This document shows, piece after piece, positions 47,432 to 57,972 of a stretch of 64,000 nt of DNA. The notes beneath the pieces were generated by a model. That model saw only the letters and a program-made list of their open reading frames with translations. It had not been told where the DNA came from and made no database searches. The translations under genes were made by a program, and so were the position numbers. The DNA is from Nitrospirota bacterium (lineage in GTDB: Bacteria; Nitrospirota; Nitrospiria; 2-01-FULL-66-17): assembly GCA_049325335.1 (NCBI GenBank), contig JBMOMC010000007.1, forward strand, positions 32,001 through 96,000. The letters are read 5' to 3'. Each line of letters starts with the position of its first letter. Position 1 is the stretch's first letter.

Positions 47432-48567
47432 GTCGCGCGTACCCGAAAGAGGCAAAATCGTTCAGCCTCTCTCACGAGAACCAGATCGGATTCCAGCGTG
47501 CCGCACGGCGCGTGGGCGCCGGCGAAATAGTGCAGCCGGAGCGTGGCGTCGCTGAGCACGAGCGGAACCGGCGCCAAATAATAGCCGGCGCGTCCACGCC
47601 AGTATTGGCCCAGGGAATCCGCCTCGTGGACAATCAGTTCGATGGAATCGCGCGCCGTCGCCATCGCGGCCACGTCGCGCATATCCCGTGAGAGGGGTGC
47701 GCCGTCCATGGTGTGATACGCCTCATCTGCGCTAAGCCCCCAGAACCGCTGTACGTCGATGCCGAGGGCCACCGACTGATGGTAGATCAGAAAACCCACC
47801 CCAAGCCCCCAGATCGCCATCAGGCCTTGCGCGGCTCTCGTACGAATCGCCACCCGCCACCCCGCCGTGCCGCGCAGCCCGAACACCACGATCGCCAATA
47901 CGACGATCGCGAAAAACAGCCAGTGCCAGAGCGATCGGCCGCGAATCGACGGCGGCTCCACGAAATTGATCGAGGAGCCCGCGAGGGCGAGGCTGACCCC
48001 TGGGTTGGGCGATACCGCTTCCCCCAGCAAAGACGCCACGGACACCGCGACGAACCGGACCGACCCCACCGCGACGGGCTGCGGAACGAGCGACGGGATG
48101 AGAACCGCTTCCCGCACAACGCCCAGCGGCAACCCGGATAAGTCCAGGTCCAACGTTTCCATGGTTTCGCCACGGGTCGTGAACCGGAGCGACAGTCGCT
48201 TCGTCCCCCCGCCGGTGTCCACCACCAAGCCGAGCAGTCCCTCCGAGGCGCGTTCCGTGCGCAACGACACGGTGAGCCGTCGATAGTCCCGAAGGTCGAG
48301 CGACAGGGGACCGCTCCGCAAGATGGGAGGGTCTTTCCGCGGGGTCAGACCGATCCCATTCGCCAGGAGAGTCACCTCGGCGTTGGGCGACGTCCACGTC
48401 GTCGCCTGTCCGCCTGAAAACTCCCACCGATCCTGCCCCATCCGCGCGGAATCGAACTGACATCCGCCGAGCAGCCATCCCATCCCCGCCACGACGAGCA
48501 CGAGACCGTTGCGCCATCGCGGATCGCCCATCCCCGATTGTTTCCTCACGCGCCGCCCCATCCCCAT
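47428..48567 (-). CDS. Membrane protein of unknown function
   Basis: N-terminal hydrophobic/lipobox-like segment (LLGG-C), a soluble domain and two further TM segments. Coupled to its neighbours. Confidence 0.6.
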   Translation of the reverse strand: MGMGRRVRKQSGMGDPRWRNGLVLVVAGMGWLLGGCQFDSARMGQDRWEFSGGQATTWTSPNAEVTLLANGIGLTPRKDPPILRSGPLSLDLRDYRRLTVSLRTERASEGLLGLVVDTGGGTKRLSLRFTTRGETMETLDLDLSGLPLGVVREAVLIPSLVPQPVAVGSVRFVAVSVASLLGEAVSPNPGVSLALAGSSINFVEPPSIRGRSLWHWLFFAIVVLAIVVFGLRGTAGWRVAIRTRAAQGLMAIWGLGVGFLIYHQSVALGIDVQRFWGLSADEAYHTMDGAPLSRDMRDVAAMATARDSIELIVHEADSLGQYWRGRAGYYLAPVPLVLSDATLRLHYFAGAHAPCGTLESDLVLVREAERFCLFRVRAT

Positions 48568-48570
48568 ACG

Positions 48571-49506
48571 TTATTTCGGGGTCGCTTGAATATCGAGGAT
48601 AATCGCCTGGAGCATCAGCTCAAAGCCGATCAAAAAGGGGAGCACGCCCAACATCACGGTCCCGGTCGTCGCGATCTCGCCGAAGACCCACGACCGCCAC
48701 CACGTGTACGCGCCGAAACCGGCGCCCCAGACCAACAGCGGCAAGCCCAACAGGAGAAACAGCGCCACCGGCGAAAAATCCCGCAACACGTACTTCTGAT
48801 AAATCCGGTACCAGAATCGACGAAACAGGTACGGGGGGAACGACCCCAGCACGCGCGAGACTTTCAGATTGGACACTTCGTCCCCGTAGATCGCGGGAAT
48901 CGCCACGTCCTTCACGCGGAATCCCAAAATATTAAGATGGATGAGGAGATCGTTTTCAAAGAAAAACCGCCGAGCCAGACGAGCCAGATCCAGTTGCGCC
49001 AACGCCTCGCGACGAATCGCGAGATAGCCGTTTTGAGGATCGAACACGTTCCAATACCCCGAGGTCAACTTGGTTAGAAAGGTCAACACAAAGTTGCCGA
49101 ACAGCCGGTGCCGAGGCATGGCGGAGAGTTCGGCCGAGTGCAAAAACCGATTGCCCTTCGCGTAATCATAGCCTTGGATCGTGACGGCATCGAGGAGCGC
49201 CGGCAGATGCCCGGGGTCCATCTGCCCGTCGCCGTCCATCTTGACCACCACTTTCACGCCGTCTTCGAGCGCCCGGCGAAAACCCGTGATAGTCGCGCCT
49301 CCGACGCCTTCATTGACCTCGTGGCGGAGCACCGTCACGCGGTCCGACGCGACGCTGCGCGCCGTGGCGAACGTCTCATCCCGGCTCGCGTCGTCCACGA
49401 CGAACACACGGTCGACCCACTCGGGCATCCCCTCGATCACCTTCCGGACCGAGCGCGCCACGTTGTAGGCCGGAATCACGACGCCTATGGTGCGACCGCG
49501 ATACAT
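48571..49506 (-). CDS. GT2 polyprenol-phosphate glycosyltransferase-like with two C-terminal TMs
   Basis: VVIPAYN, VDDAS, KMDGDGQMDP, KGNRF, DPQNGY. Confidence 0.9.
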   Translation of the reverse strand: MYRGRTIGVVIPAYNVARSVRKVIEGMPEWVDRVFVVDDASRDETFATARSVASDRVTVLRHEVNEGVGGATITGFRRALEDGVKVVVKMDGDGQMDPGHLPALLDAVTIQGYDYAKGNRFLHSAELSAMPRHRLFGNFVLTFLTKLTSGYWNVFDPQNGYLAIRREALAQLDLARLARRFFFENDLLIHLNILGFRVKDVAIPAIYGDEVSNLKVSRVLGSFPPYLFRRFWYRIYQKYVLRDFSPVALFLLLGLPLLVWGAGFGAYTWWRSWVFGEIATTGTVMLGVLPFLIGFELMLQAIILDIQATPK

Positions 49507-49605
49507 CCTGTCACCCCGTGACGACCGCCGCGGTCTGCCCCGCGATGAACCATGGCCTCACCGCGCGCCGGATCTCGCGCCGAACAACCGCCTCGCGCGT
49601 CGCCC

Positions 49606-49977
49606 TCATGGTGAAACCGATTTGGCGTCGTGATCGCTCAGTTGTTTGAGCTCCGTTTTCAGGATCGCCAATTCCTGGGACACGTCCTTGACCCGATCAT
49701 AGAGACCGGACAGCTTGGTGGAATAATACAGGTTGATAATGATGAGGAACAGCAAACCGAAGAAAAAGAGCGTCGACGTCGGCAACACGCCCCCGATCAA
49801 CTCCGTGAGGGACACCAGCAGGCGGTACCAGCTCGCGAGCACGATAATCACGACGCCCGTCAATAACCACAACCACGAATACTCCTCTCTGAGCATTCGT
49901 CTCCGCACAAGATCGACGATCAAGACAAACAGGAGAAGGCTGATGCTGATGGCGACAATTTTCTGCTGAATCGGCAT
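49606..49977 (-). CDS. DUF2304 small membrane protein
   Basis: Three TMs, LVRRRMLREEYSWLW, and a C-terminal coiled coil LSGL..VKDVSQELAIL. Confidence 0.85.
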   Translation of the reverse strand: MPIQQKIVAISISLLLFVLIVDLVRRRMLREEYSWLWLLTGVVIIVLASWYRLLVSLTELIGGVLPTSTLFFFGLLFLIIINLYYSTKLSGLYDRVKDVSQELAILKTELKQLSDHDAKSVSP

Positions 49978-49994
49978 GGAACGTCTCTCCCTTG

Positions 49995-50801
49995 TTATGT
50001 ATCAACGCGCCGGACAAACCGGTCGTTTCGCAGCAACGTGACGAAGATGGACAAGAACATCTTGAACAGATAGTACACCGGCTTCAACCCGCTGTGCATC
50101 GACTCGCCGACCATTCTGGCGTGCATGGTGACCGGTATTTCCCGAATCCGTAACCCCGCCTTGTGCAGCATGATGATGACATCCGCGTCCGGGTAATCCA
50201 CGGGATAATACGGACTCGCGTAAAAACGCAGGGCGTCCCGATTCAAGGCCTGAAAGCCCGACGTCGGATCCGTTGATCTCTGCCCGGTGATGATCGACAC
50301 CACCTTCCGAAACACGTAAATTCCGGCCCGCCGCGACAACGCAGCCTCATACCGCGGGCTGTCGGCCAAAAACCGCGATCCGATCACCACATCCACGTCG
50401 CCTTTTCGAATTTCATCGAGCAAGGCTTGGATCGAAGCCGGATCATGTTGTCCATCCGCATCCATCTGGACCACATATTGATACCGCTTCATCAAGGCGA
50501 ACTTAAACCCGGTCTGGACCGCGGCCCCATACCCCATGTTAAACGGCAGCTTCGCGACCAGGGCGCCCGCTTTCTCCGCCGCCCGAGCGGTTCGGTCTCT
50601 CGATCCGTCATCCACGATGAGAATATCGACTCCGGGCGCCTTCGACCGGATCTGGTCCACCGTCGTGGGAATATTGCGCTCTTCATTAAACGCCGGAATG
50701 ACGATCAGCACCTTCCCCTGGTCAACGCGCGCGGAACGTTCGAGCGTCACGTCACGACCCGGGATATCGGCGCGGTACGCCGGCGACCGCGGATTGATCA
50801 T
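49995..50801 (-). CDS. GT2, DPM1-like polyprenol-phosphate sugar synthase
   Basis: IPAFNEE, VDDGS, N.GYGAAVQTG, QMDADGQHDP, GSRF, DPTSGF. Confidence 0.9.
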   Translation of the reverse strand: MINPRSPAYRADIPGRDVTLERSARVDQGKVLIVIPAFNEERNIPTTVDQIRSKAPGVDILIVDDGSRDRTARAAEKAGALVAKLPFNMGYGAAVQTGFKFALMKRYQYVVQMDADGQHDPASIQALLDEIRKGDVDVVIGSRFLADSPRYEAALSRRAGIYVFRKVVSIITGQRSTDPTSGFQALNRDALRFYASPYYPVDYPDADVIIMLHKAGLRIREIPVTMHARMVGESMHSGLKPVYYLFKMFLSIFVTLLRNDRFVRRVDT

Positions 50802-50817
50802 CCGTCACCTCCATCAT

Positions 50818-51852
50818 TCATTCCCGTAGGACGACGTCGCGCATGGTAACGCCATGGTCGCGCAACCAGCGATGGACCTCTTCGCGCGCGATCCGCCCCG
50901 ACCGATCGCGGCGGCGGGCGCGCCACATGGCGGGCGCACCGCGGAGCGCCGCCAGGTAGGCTCGGCCGACCATCCGGACGAGCGCCCACGGCGAGGAGGT
51001 CTTCACGGCGCGCCCTGCGGCCCCTTGCCCACTCACGGCCGCGTAGGTCTGCCAGATCAGCCGCGCGATCGTCCAGAGGGGCGAGAGAGCCAGCGCCGAC
51101 CACGGGAACGATTTTACCATCACCCACACGCGGTTCCGCTCCACCAGAAACACTTTCCGCAGCGAATATTTTCCCGCAGACAGCGAATACCGGTGGCGCA
51201 CCACCGCATCCGGCGCATACCGGCACCGCCAGCCCGCCAGTCGCGCCCGCAGCCCCAGATCGATGTCTTCGCAGTACATAAAAAATCGTTCGTCGAACGT
51301 CCCGATCTCCGCCAGCATCGCGCGGCGGTACAATGCCGCGCACCCGCTGGGCACCAACACCTCTTCCGAACGATCGAATCGACCGTCGTCGCGTTCGAGC
51401 CGGCCCCGCCCCCGTCCCAGTCCGTCCCGGGCGAGCAGCAGTCCCGCGCTGTCGATCACCGTGGGATCATCGTGGGAGATGATTTTCGAGGCGCACATCC
51501 CCACGCGCACATCGCGCTCCGCTTCGCAGACCAGCGCCGCCACCCAACCGGAGTCGGCGGTCGCGTCGTTGTTGATCAGCGCCACGTAGTCGCCCGAGGC
51601 CTCGGCCATGCCGTCGTTGTTTCCGCCTGCGAAACCTCGGTTCTCCCGATTGACGATCACCCGAATCTTCCCGCCGTATCGCTCGCGCAGAAGCGGCACC
51701 GAGCCGTCCGTGGACCCGTTGTCCACCACAAGAATCTCCAGCCGCGGATAGGTCTGGGCCAACAACGAATCCACGCATTCCGACACGTAAGATTCGCCGT
51801 TCCAATTCACGACGATCACCGACACACGCGGCGGACCGGAGGCGGTCGTCAC
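50818..51852 (-). CDS. Glycosyltransferase family 2 (rhamnosyltransferase-like)
   Basis: VNWNG, VDNGSTD, NRGFAGGNN, INND, FFMYCEDIDLGLR. Confidence 0.9.
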   Translation of the reverse strand: MTTASGPPRVSVIVVNWNGESYVSECVDSLLAQTYPRLEILVVDNGSTDGSVPLLRERYGGKIRVIVNRENRGFAGGNNDGMAEASGDYVALINNDATADSGWVAALVCEAERDVRVGMCASKIISHDDPTVIDSAGLLLARDGLGRGRGRLERDDGRFDRSEEVLVPSGCAALYRRAMLAEIGTFDERFFMYCEDIDLGLRARLAGWRCRYAPDAVVRHRYSLSAGKYSLRKVFLVERNRVWVMVKSFPWSALALSPLWTIARLIWQTYAAVSGQGAAGRAVKTSSPWALVRMVGRAYLAALRGAPAMWRARRRDRSGRIAREEVHRWLRDHGVTMRDVVLRE

Positions 51853-53981
51853 GACCCGCGCCCCTCGCTCGAGGCTCCGGACGGAACGCCGCCCATGTAC
51901 GCCTCCGCGTACCGGCGGGCCGACGCGTACGCGGGCGTCTCGGGCGCGTCGCGAAGAAACGCGCCGTAGGCAAGCCGCGCGTCATCGGACTTGCCCTCCC
52001 GCTCGTACAGCCGACCCAAATTAAAGTGCGCTTGAAAAAACGACGGCGCGCGCGCCAGGAGATCCCGGTACGCGGCCTTGGCCTCGGGAAGATTCCCCCT
52101 CGCCAGCAAGACGTTGGCCCGGTTGTACCGCGCGTCGTGTAGGTCGGGATGAATCGTGAGCGCCTCATCGTAGGCCGCCAGCGCCTGCTCCGGACGGCCC
52201 GCGCGTTCGGCCAGAAACCCCAACCCCAACCAGGCTTGGGCCGACAACAACGACGGCCTCCCGCGCTCCTGCGCCAGCACGGCCTGGTACTGCTCCGCCG
52301 CCTCGCGCGAGCGGCCGATGTGTCCAAACGCCTCGGCAACCCGCAACCGGGCGTCGGGACGGTGCCGTCCGCGGTCAAGCGCTCCAACCGCCCGTTCAAG
52401 CGTATGGGCGGCCAGCGCGGGTTCGCCCAACGCCTCATAGGTTGAAGCCAATGCCGTGAGCAAATCACTGGCATCCGGTGCTAATGCGACGGCCCGTTCG
52501 AACATCACGCGAGCCGCAGCGTAGTCCGATCGGGCCACATACACCAACCCCGCATTGTGGTACGGCAACGCGTACTCCGGCGACAGTCGGATCGCCTCAC
52601 GATAGGCCTCCAGCGCGCGCGCGTCATCGCCCCGCACCGCGTACTCGACGCCCAAGTTCAGCCGAGCGACCGGATGGCCCGGGGACTTTTCCACGGTATC
52701 GCTCCACAGCCGCAGCGCGTCGGTCCACACCATGTTCCGCGTCCACGTGGCCGTCGCCAACACCGCGGTCACGACCAGTCCGCCGGTCACGATCGCGCGT
52801 CGAAGCCCGTGGCTCCGCCCCAGGCGATCGAATGCCGCGGCGGCACACCCGGCCGCGCCGGCCAACCCCATCCAGGCCAAGTAATCGCGATGTTCTTGAA
52901 ACCGGATATGGAATGGATACCCCATGATCGGCACTAACGCCGCGACGAACCACAGGAGGCAGAATGCCGCCGGTCGACGATCGTCGGATGACGTCCGCAG
53001 CCACCGCACGGCCGTTGCGCACATCGCGAGCAGTACGGCCAGTCCGAGTACCGCCGTCGGCCGCCACGGAACGGTCACGGTCGGCACGTGGTATAGAACA
53101 TTGAGATCGAACGGCCACGCAAACACCGTCACGTGCTTCGGGAACACGGCCAGTTGCGTCCACAGATTCTCCCAGACGCCCAACGCGTCGCTCGGCGCGC
53201 CGGCGATCACGTTCCAGATCGCGCGATGAGCATTGGTCGCGACCACGTACGCGGCGGCCAGCGTCGCGACGATCCCATACGGCGCGAGCCACGTTCTCCA
53301 CCCCAGCGCGCGCGACCACCCCGCGTCGTAACACAGCCAGATCAGCGGGACCACGACCGCGACCTCCTTGCTCCCAAGCCCGAGTCCTAGCGCGACGACG
53401 GCCGCCGCGCCGGCGGTCATGGCGGCGACGGGACGCGCCGACGACTGCGCCAGCCGCATGAGGATAAAGGCGCCCACGGACGCAGCGCCCCACAGCCCCA
53501 CCAGCAGGGACGATCGCGCCGCAAGGTAATTCACCGCCTCACTATTGGCCGGGGTCACGGCGAACAGCGCGCCGGCCGCGATCGCGGGCAGGGCCCGACG
53601 CGCGATCAACCATACCACGCCCATCAAGACCGCGACCGCGGTCCAGTGAAACAACACGTTCAACACGTGAAACCCGAACGGGTCAATTCCGCCGAGTCGG
53701 ACATTCCACGCATAGGTGAGGAACGTGATCGGACGATAGTGCCCGACCCCGATGGTCGCCGCCCGCGACCCAAACCACGACCAATCCACCTCGGCAGTCT
53801 GTAACTGGGGGTTCTCGACGATGGTGTGCCGATCATCGAATTGAAACGGTCCGTGCAACGAGTTCCCGTATAACGCGATGATCAGCGGCAAGAGGAGAAC
53901 CGCCGCGAACAGCACCCGGCGCCGCTCCGCTCGGTGTTCTGGTGATCCGTTGTCGGCGACCACGCCCTGGAACGGTGTCAT
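51849..53981 (-). CDS. TMTC-like membrane glycosyltransferase + TPR
   Basis: FQFDD, YRP, FHVLN..FH, EAVNYLAARSS, SKE, QEHRDYL, W...LRLWSD..K.P, then TPRs. ATGA overlap start at 53981. Confidence 0.85.
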   Translation of the reverse strand: MTPFQGVVADNGSPEHRAERRRVLFAAVLLLPLIIALYGNSLHGPFQFDDRHTIVENPQLQTAEVDWSWFGSRAATIGVGHYRPITFLTYAWNVRLGGIDPFGFHVLNVLFHWTAVAVLMGVVWLIARRALPAIAAGALFAVTPANSEAVNYLAARSSLLVGLWGAASVGAFILMRLAQSSARPVAAMTAGAAAVVALGLGLGSKEVAVVVPLIWLCYDAGWSRALGWRTWLAPYGIVATLAAAYVVATNAHRAIWNVIAGAPSDALGVWENLWTQLAVFPKHVTVFAWPFDLNVLYHVPTVTVPWRPTAVLGLAVLLAMCATAVRWLRTSSDDRRPAAFCLLWFVAALVPIMGYPFHIRFQEHRDYLAWMGLAGAAGCAAAAFDRLGRSHGLRRAIVTGGLVVTAVLATATWTRNMVWTDALRLWSDTVEKSPGHPVARLNLGVEYAVRGDDARALEAYREAIRLSPEYALPYHNAGLVYVARSDYAAARVMFERAVALAPDASDLLTALASTYEALGEPALAAHTLERAVGALDRGRHRPDARLRVAEAFGHIGRSREAAEQYQAVLAQERGRPSLLSAQAWLGLGFLAERAGRPEQALAAYDEALTIHPDLHDARYNRANVLLARGNLPEAKAAYRDLLARAPSFFQAHFNLGRLYEREGKSDDARLAYGAFLRDAPETPAYASARRYAEAYMGGVPSGASSEGRGS

Positions 53982-56110
53982 GTGCCCCCCAATCGCGCCA
54001 AGCCCGACTCCGCGAGGCGCCGAAACTCGTCCCCCTCGGCACGGGACCCGACAATCCGACGCACCGCGCGGTAATGCCACACCGCGCGCGCGCGGTCGCC
54101 CTGCCGCTCGGACCCGATCGCCAAGTTGAGGTGACTGAGCCCGTGATTCGGATCGCGGGCGATCGCGCGCTCGTACGCGGCGGCGGCCGCGTCCCAGGTC
54201 CCGCGCCGGGCCAAGATCATCCCGATACGGAATTCCGGGTCGGGGTCTTCCGGGGCGAGCGCCGCGGCCCGCCCAAACGCGTCCAGCGCCTCGTTCTCCC
54301 GTCCCAACCGCTCACGGGCCGTCCCCAGGTTGAACCAACTCGCCCCGGAATTCGGGTGCCCGCTCGCCAAGGTCGCAAACACCGTTTCCGCCTCTTCCCA
54401 TCGTTCCAGCTTCAAGCACACCGCGCCCAACGCCTCCCGGGCGGTGTCATCCGACGGATCAAGCGCGACCACCGCTCGGTACCGCTCCGCCGCCTCCGCG
54501 AGCCGCCCCGCACGCTCCAAGATCACGGCGGACCGGCCCAATGCCGGGGCATGTCTTGGGTAGTCCCGAACCAACTGTCCATACACGTCCAACGCCTGGT
54601 CGGACCGGCCCACGGCTTCGTAGGCCTTGCCGAGATTCATCCGCGCGTGGGAGTCCGACGGCGCCAGGCGAAGGGCAATGGTGAACTCTGCAAGCGCACG
54701 GTCGTACCGCCCCATCCGGCCGTACAACGCACCAAGGAGGCTGTGCGTGCGCACGCGGGACGGGTCAACGGCAAGGGATCGCTCGAGCGCGCTGCGCGCG
54801 GCCTCAAGGTCACCGGTTTCCGCCAGCCAAATCGCCCTAGCATTATGACCGAGCGCACTGTTCGGATATTTCGCGAGGGAGTCATTCCAGACCTGTTCCC
54901 CATCGCGCCAGACTGCGGTGCGGGCGATATCAACCCACACCGCGGCGACAGCCAGCGTGACGGCGGCCGCGATTCCCGCGGCCTGTGCGACCCGAACGCG
55001 CCCCATGGACCTCCAGGCGCTCGCGGCCGCGCCTCCGACCGCCCACGCAAGCGCCACGCCGCCCAAGTAACTCCGGTGCTCCTGATACAGCACCAGATGG
55101 GTCACCAGCGGCAGGGTCAGAACCGGGAGGAGCCCAACCCAGAACCACACCAGGCACCACCCGATGCGTCGATTGGTCCGCACCGCGGCGTACGTAAGCC
55201 CCAGTGCCGCGACGAACACCAGCGTCCACCATGCACTCTCGCCAGCGGACAGCACCTTTGGCCAGGCGTAGTCAATGGCGAGTCCTGTCGGCCAGAACCA
55301 GTGCCCGAGCGAAAACGTCGCGAGTTTTGCGACCAATCCAATGGCGTGAAGCGGATCGTTGACAACAGGGACGGCCGTCACGCCGCCCAACAACGCCGCG
55401 CGCACCACCAACAACCCGGCAACCGCCGCCCAAAACACCACGGACCGGGCTAAGGTCCCCCGCCACGAGTATTCGCGCGATACCGCGCGCGCGCGATCCC
55501 AAATCATGATCAATACGGGGAGTACCGCCGCCGCTTCTTTCGTGCCCAAAGCGCCCAGCGCGGCAACAACGGCGCCGCCCAGTACGGCCCGCCTTCGCCA
55601 CGGAGCGAGCGAGGAAGCGCCCACCATCGCCTCGTCGTAGCACCAGACAGCCGCCAGCACCCACAGGGTCATCAACGAGGATGACCGCGCCGCAATATAA
55701 TTCACGGCCTCCGCGTTCAACGGATGCAACGCCACCACCAGCGCGGCGATGAGCGCGGCGACCGAATCGCCCCAGAGTCGTTTGGCGAGCAGCCACGCCA
55801 ACACCACCACCGCGCCGTGAACCGCCAGATTCCCGAGATGGTATCCCCGTGCGCCATCACCCCAGACCGCGCGATCCAGCGCGTAGCCGGCCATCAACAC
55901 CGGCCGATAGCCGCGGCTTTCCACCTCGCCGCTCACCCCTTCTCCCGACAAAAACCACTGCGACGAGCCACCGAACGACTCCAGGGACCGGTTGTTGACC
56001 ACGGTATGGAAATCATCCAGCACGAATCCGTTGTGGACCACCCCGCGGTACGCGAACGTCATGACGCCCAGGATCAGCGCGAGCACCGCCCAATCTCGGC
56101 GGAGAATCAC
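53978..56110 (-). CDS. TMTC-like membrane glycosyltransferase + TPR
   Basis: FVLDD, YRP, HPLNAEAVNYIAARSS, TKE, QEHRSYL, TPRs. Confidence 0.87.
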   Translation of the reverse strand: MILRRDWAVLALILGVMTFAYRGVVHNGFVLDDFHTVVNNRSLESFGGSSQWFLSGEGVSGEVESRGYRPVLMAGYALDRAVWGDGARGYHLGNLAVHGAVVVLAWLLAKRLWGDSVAALIAALVVALHPLNAEAVNYIAARSSSLMTLWVLAAVWCYDEAMVGASSLAPWRRRAVLGGAVVAALGALGTKEAAAVLPVLIMIWDRARAVSREYSWRGTLARSVVFWAAVAGLLVVRAALLGGVTAVPVVNDPLHAIGLVAKLATFSLGHWFWPTGLAIDYAWPKVLSAGESAWWTLVFVAALGLTYAAVRTNRRIGWCLVWFWVGLLPVLTLPLVTHLVLYQEHRSYLGGVALAWAVGGAAASAWRSMGRVRVAQAAGIAAAVTLAVAAVWVDIARTAVWRDGEQVWNDSLAKYPNSALGHNARAIWLAETGDLEAARSALERSLAVDPSRVRTHSLLGALYGRMGRYDRALAEFTIALRLAPSDSHARMNLGKAYEAVGRSDQALDVYGQLVRDYPRHAPALGRSAVILERAGRLAEAAERYRAVVALDPSDDTAREALGAVCLKLERWEEAETVFATLASGHPNSGASWFNLGTARERLGRENEALDAFGRAAALAPEDPDPEFRIGMILARRGTWDAAAAAYERAIARDPNHGLSHLNLAIGSERQGDRARAVWHYRAVRRIVGSRAEGDEFRRLAESGLARLGGT

Positions 56111-57972
56111 CGCACCACCTGATGCGAGGAGCCGTCCGCCTCGCGGGCATTTGCGATTTCAAGAAACGCCCGGGCCTCCTCGGAGTCCGGCCGCCGCGCC
56201 GCCACGGCGGCCAGGACGGCGCGCGCGTCCACCCAACGCTCCTGTTTCAGCAACAGGGCGCCCAGACGAATCTGGGCGTCATCGTACACGGGATCGTCCG
56301 GCGCCACGCGCCGCAGACGCTCGATCGCCTCGTCGGTTCGACCCCGCGCGTCCAAAATCGATGCGGTAAGGAGTACCGCCGGAGTCGCCCACGGGTCGTC
56401 TTCGATCGCGCGTTCGTATTCCTCCAGCGCCTGATCGATCAGCCCCAAGTCCTCGTACGTCGCCCCCAGGCGGATGCGGGCTTCCGCGTACCGCGAGCGA
56501 TACTCCAGGGCGGTACGATAGGCGGTCACCGCGCGCAGGGATTCCCCGCGCGTCGCATAGATCCGTCCCAACATCATGTGCGCATAGGAATGCATGGGGG
56601 CAGACCGCAACACGAACAAGAATTCGCGTTCCGCCTCCTCCCATCGCCCCTCGTTGACCAACCAGGTTCCGCGTCCCGCGTGCGCCATGGCGCTGTCCGG
56701 ATACCGAGCCAACACATCGTCCCACAACCGAATCCGATCCCCCCACACCCACGTGCGCTCCCCGTCGCTCCAGACCGCGAGGGCAACCATCGCCGCCACC
56801 ACGGTCGCGGTGACGGCCCGACGCACGGCGTGCGTTCCAACCCATCTCATCACGCGCCGCGCAACACCTCCGACCAACCATGCCGCGCCGATTTCCGCCA
56901 AATACACCCGATGCTCTTGGTACAGCGCGACCCGGGTGATCATGGGCAACGCCAGGGTCGGCAACAGCGCCGCGAGGAACCAGCCGCCGCACCAGGTCGC
57001 CGGACGGTCCCCGCGGGTCAGCCCCCAGAACCCGCCGGCCAGCAACGCCACCCCCGCGACGGCGGCGAGCGCCGCGCCGCCGGAAAGAACCGTCGGCCAA
57101 GCGTAATCGGCCGCAAGGCCCACGGGCCACAGCGAGTGCATCGCGGCCGTAAGGACGATCTTCGCCGCAAACGCGCCTCCCTGGAGAATCGACGTCGCCG
57201 ACGCCATCGGTTCGGACGCGCCGTCGGCCAGCACCGCCGCGCGGAGAGCCAACCAGATCCCGAGGAGTCCCCAGAACGGCGACGACCGTTTCACGCTCTC
57301 GTGCCACGGCGAGGCGTCCCCGAACCGCGCGCGATCCCAGCAGATGACCAACACCGGGAGGACCGCGGCCGACTCCTTCGCGCCCAACGCGCACGCGCCG
57401 GCGCCGAGCGCTCCCGCCAACCATCCGCGCGCAGATCCCGTTCCCCCGCGACCCGTGCGCGCCTCGGCCCACCGGTCGTAACACAGCACCGCGACCAAGA
57501 CGCCCGCGGCGGCTAACGTCGAGGATCGCGCGCTGATATAGTTGACGGCCTGCGCGTTCATCGGATGCACCGCCATCCACGTCGCCGCGGCCAGCGCCGA
57601 AACGCCGGTTCGCCACAGTCGCGCCGCGAGGACATACACCAGCGCCACCACGAGAAGATGGACGGCGACATTCGTGGCGTGAAACCCGGCCGCACGCTCT
57701 CCCCACATCGCATGATCGGCCGCATAGCTCGCGACCGTCACCGGCCGAAAATTCGCCCCGCTTCGGTACCCGACGACCGCATACGGCGACGCAATCCATT
57801 CCGCAATACGCGCAAAGGATCGCACCGCGGGATTGCCCGTCACGGTGACGACGTCATCGTACACAAATCCTCCGGACAACGCGCCGCGGTAAGCGGCCGT
57901 CGTCCCCAGCAGGAGGAGCGCCAACGCAAACCACGACGCCGGACGCCCCGGACCGACCCACCGCGTAATCAT
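56107..57972 (-). CDS. TMTC-like membrane glycosyltransferase + TPR
   Basis: FVYDD, FRP, HPMNAQAVNYISARSS, AKE, QEHRVYL, TPRs. ATG 57972. Confidence 0.87.
   Translation of the reverse strand: MITRWVGPGRPASWFALALLLLGTTAAYRGALSGGFVYDDVVTVTGNPAVRSFARIAEWIASPYAVVGYRSGANFRPVTVASYAADHAMWGERAAGFHATNVAVHLLVVALVYVLAARLWRTGVSALAAATWMAVHPMNAQAVNYISARSSTLAAAGVLVAVLCYDRWAEARTGRGGTGSARGWLAGALGAGACALGAKESAAVLPVLVICWDRARFGDASPWHESVKRSSPFWGLLGIWLALRAAVLADGASEPMASATSILQGGAFAAKIVLTAAMHSLWPVGLAADYAWPTVLSGGAALAAVAGVALLAGGFWGLTRGDRPATWCGGWFLAALLPTLALPMITRVALYQEHRVYLAEIGAAWLVGGVARRVMRWVGTHAVRRAVTATVVAAMVALAVWSDGERTWVWGDRIRLWDDVLARYPDSAMAHAGRGTWLVNEGRWEEAEREFLFVLRSAPMHSYAHMMLGRIYATRGESLRAVTAYRTALEYRSRYAEARIRLGATYEDLGLIDQALEEYERAIEDDPWATPAVLLTASILDARGRTDEAIERLRRVAPDDPVYDDAQIRLGALLLKQERWVDARAVLAAVAARRPDSEEARAFLEIANAREADGSSHQVVR

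Noticed and set aside
53942..57799. Arg/Gly-rich 460-506 aa alternative-frame ORFs
   Set aside because: Off-frame or antisense products of GC-rich TMTC genes.
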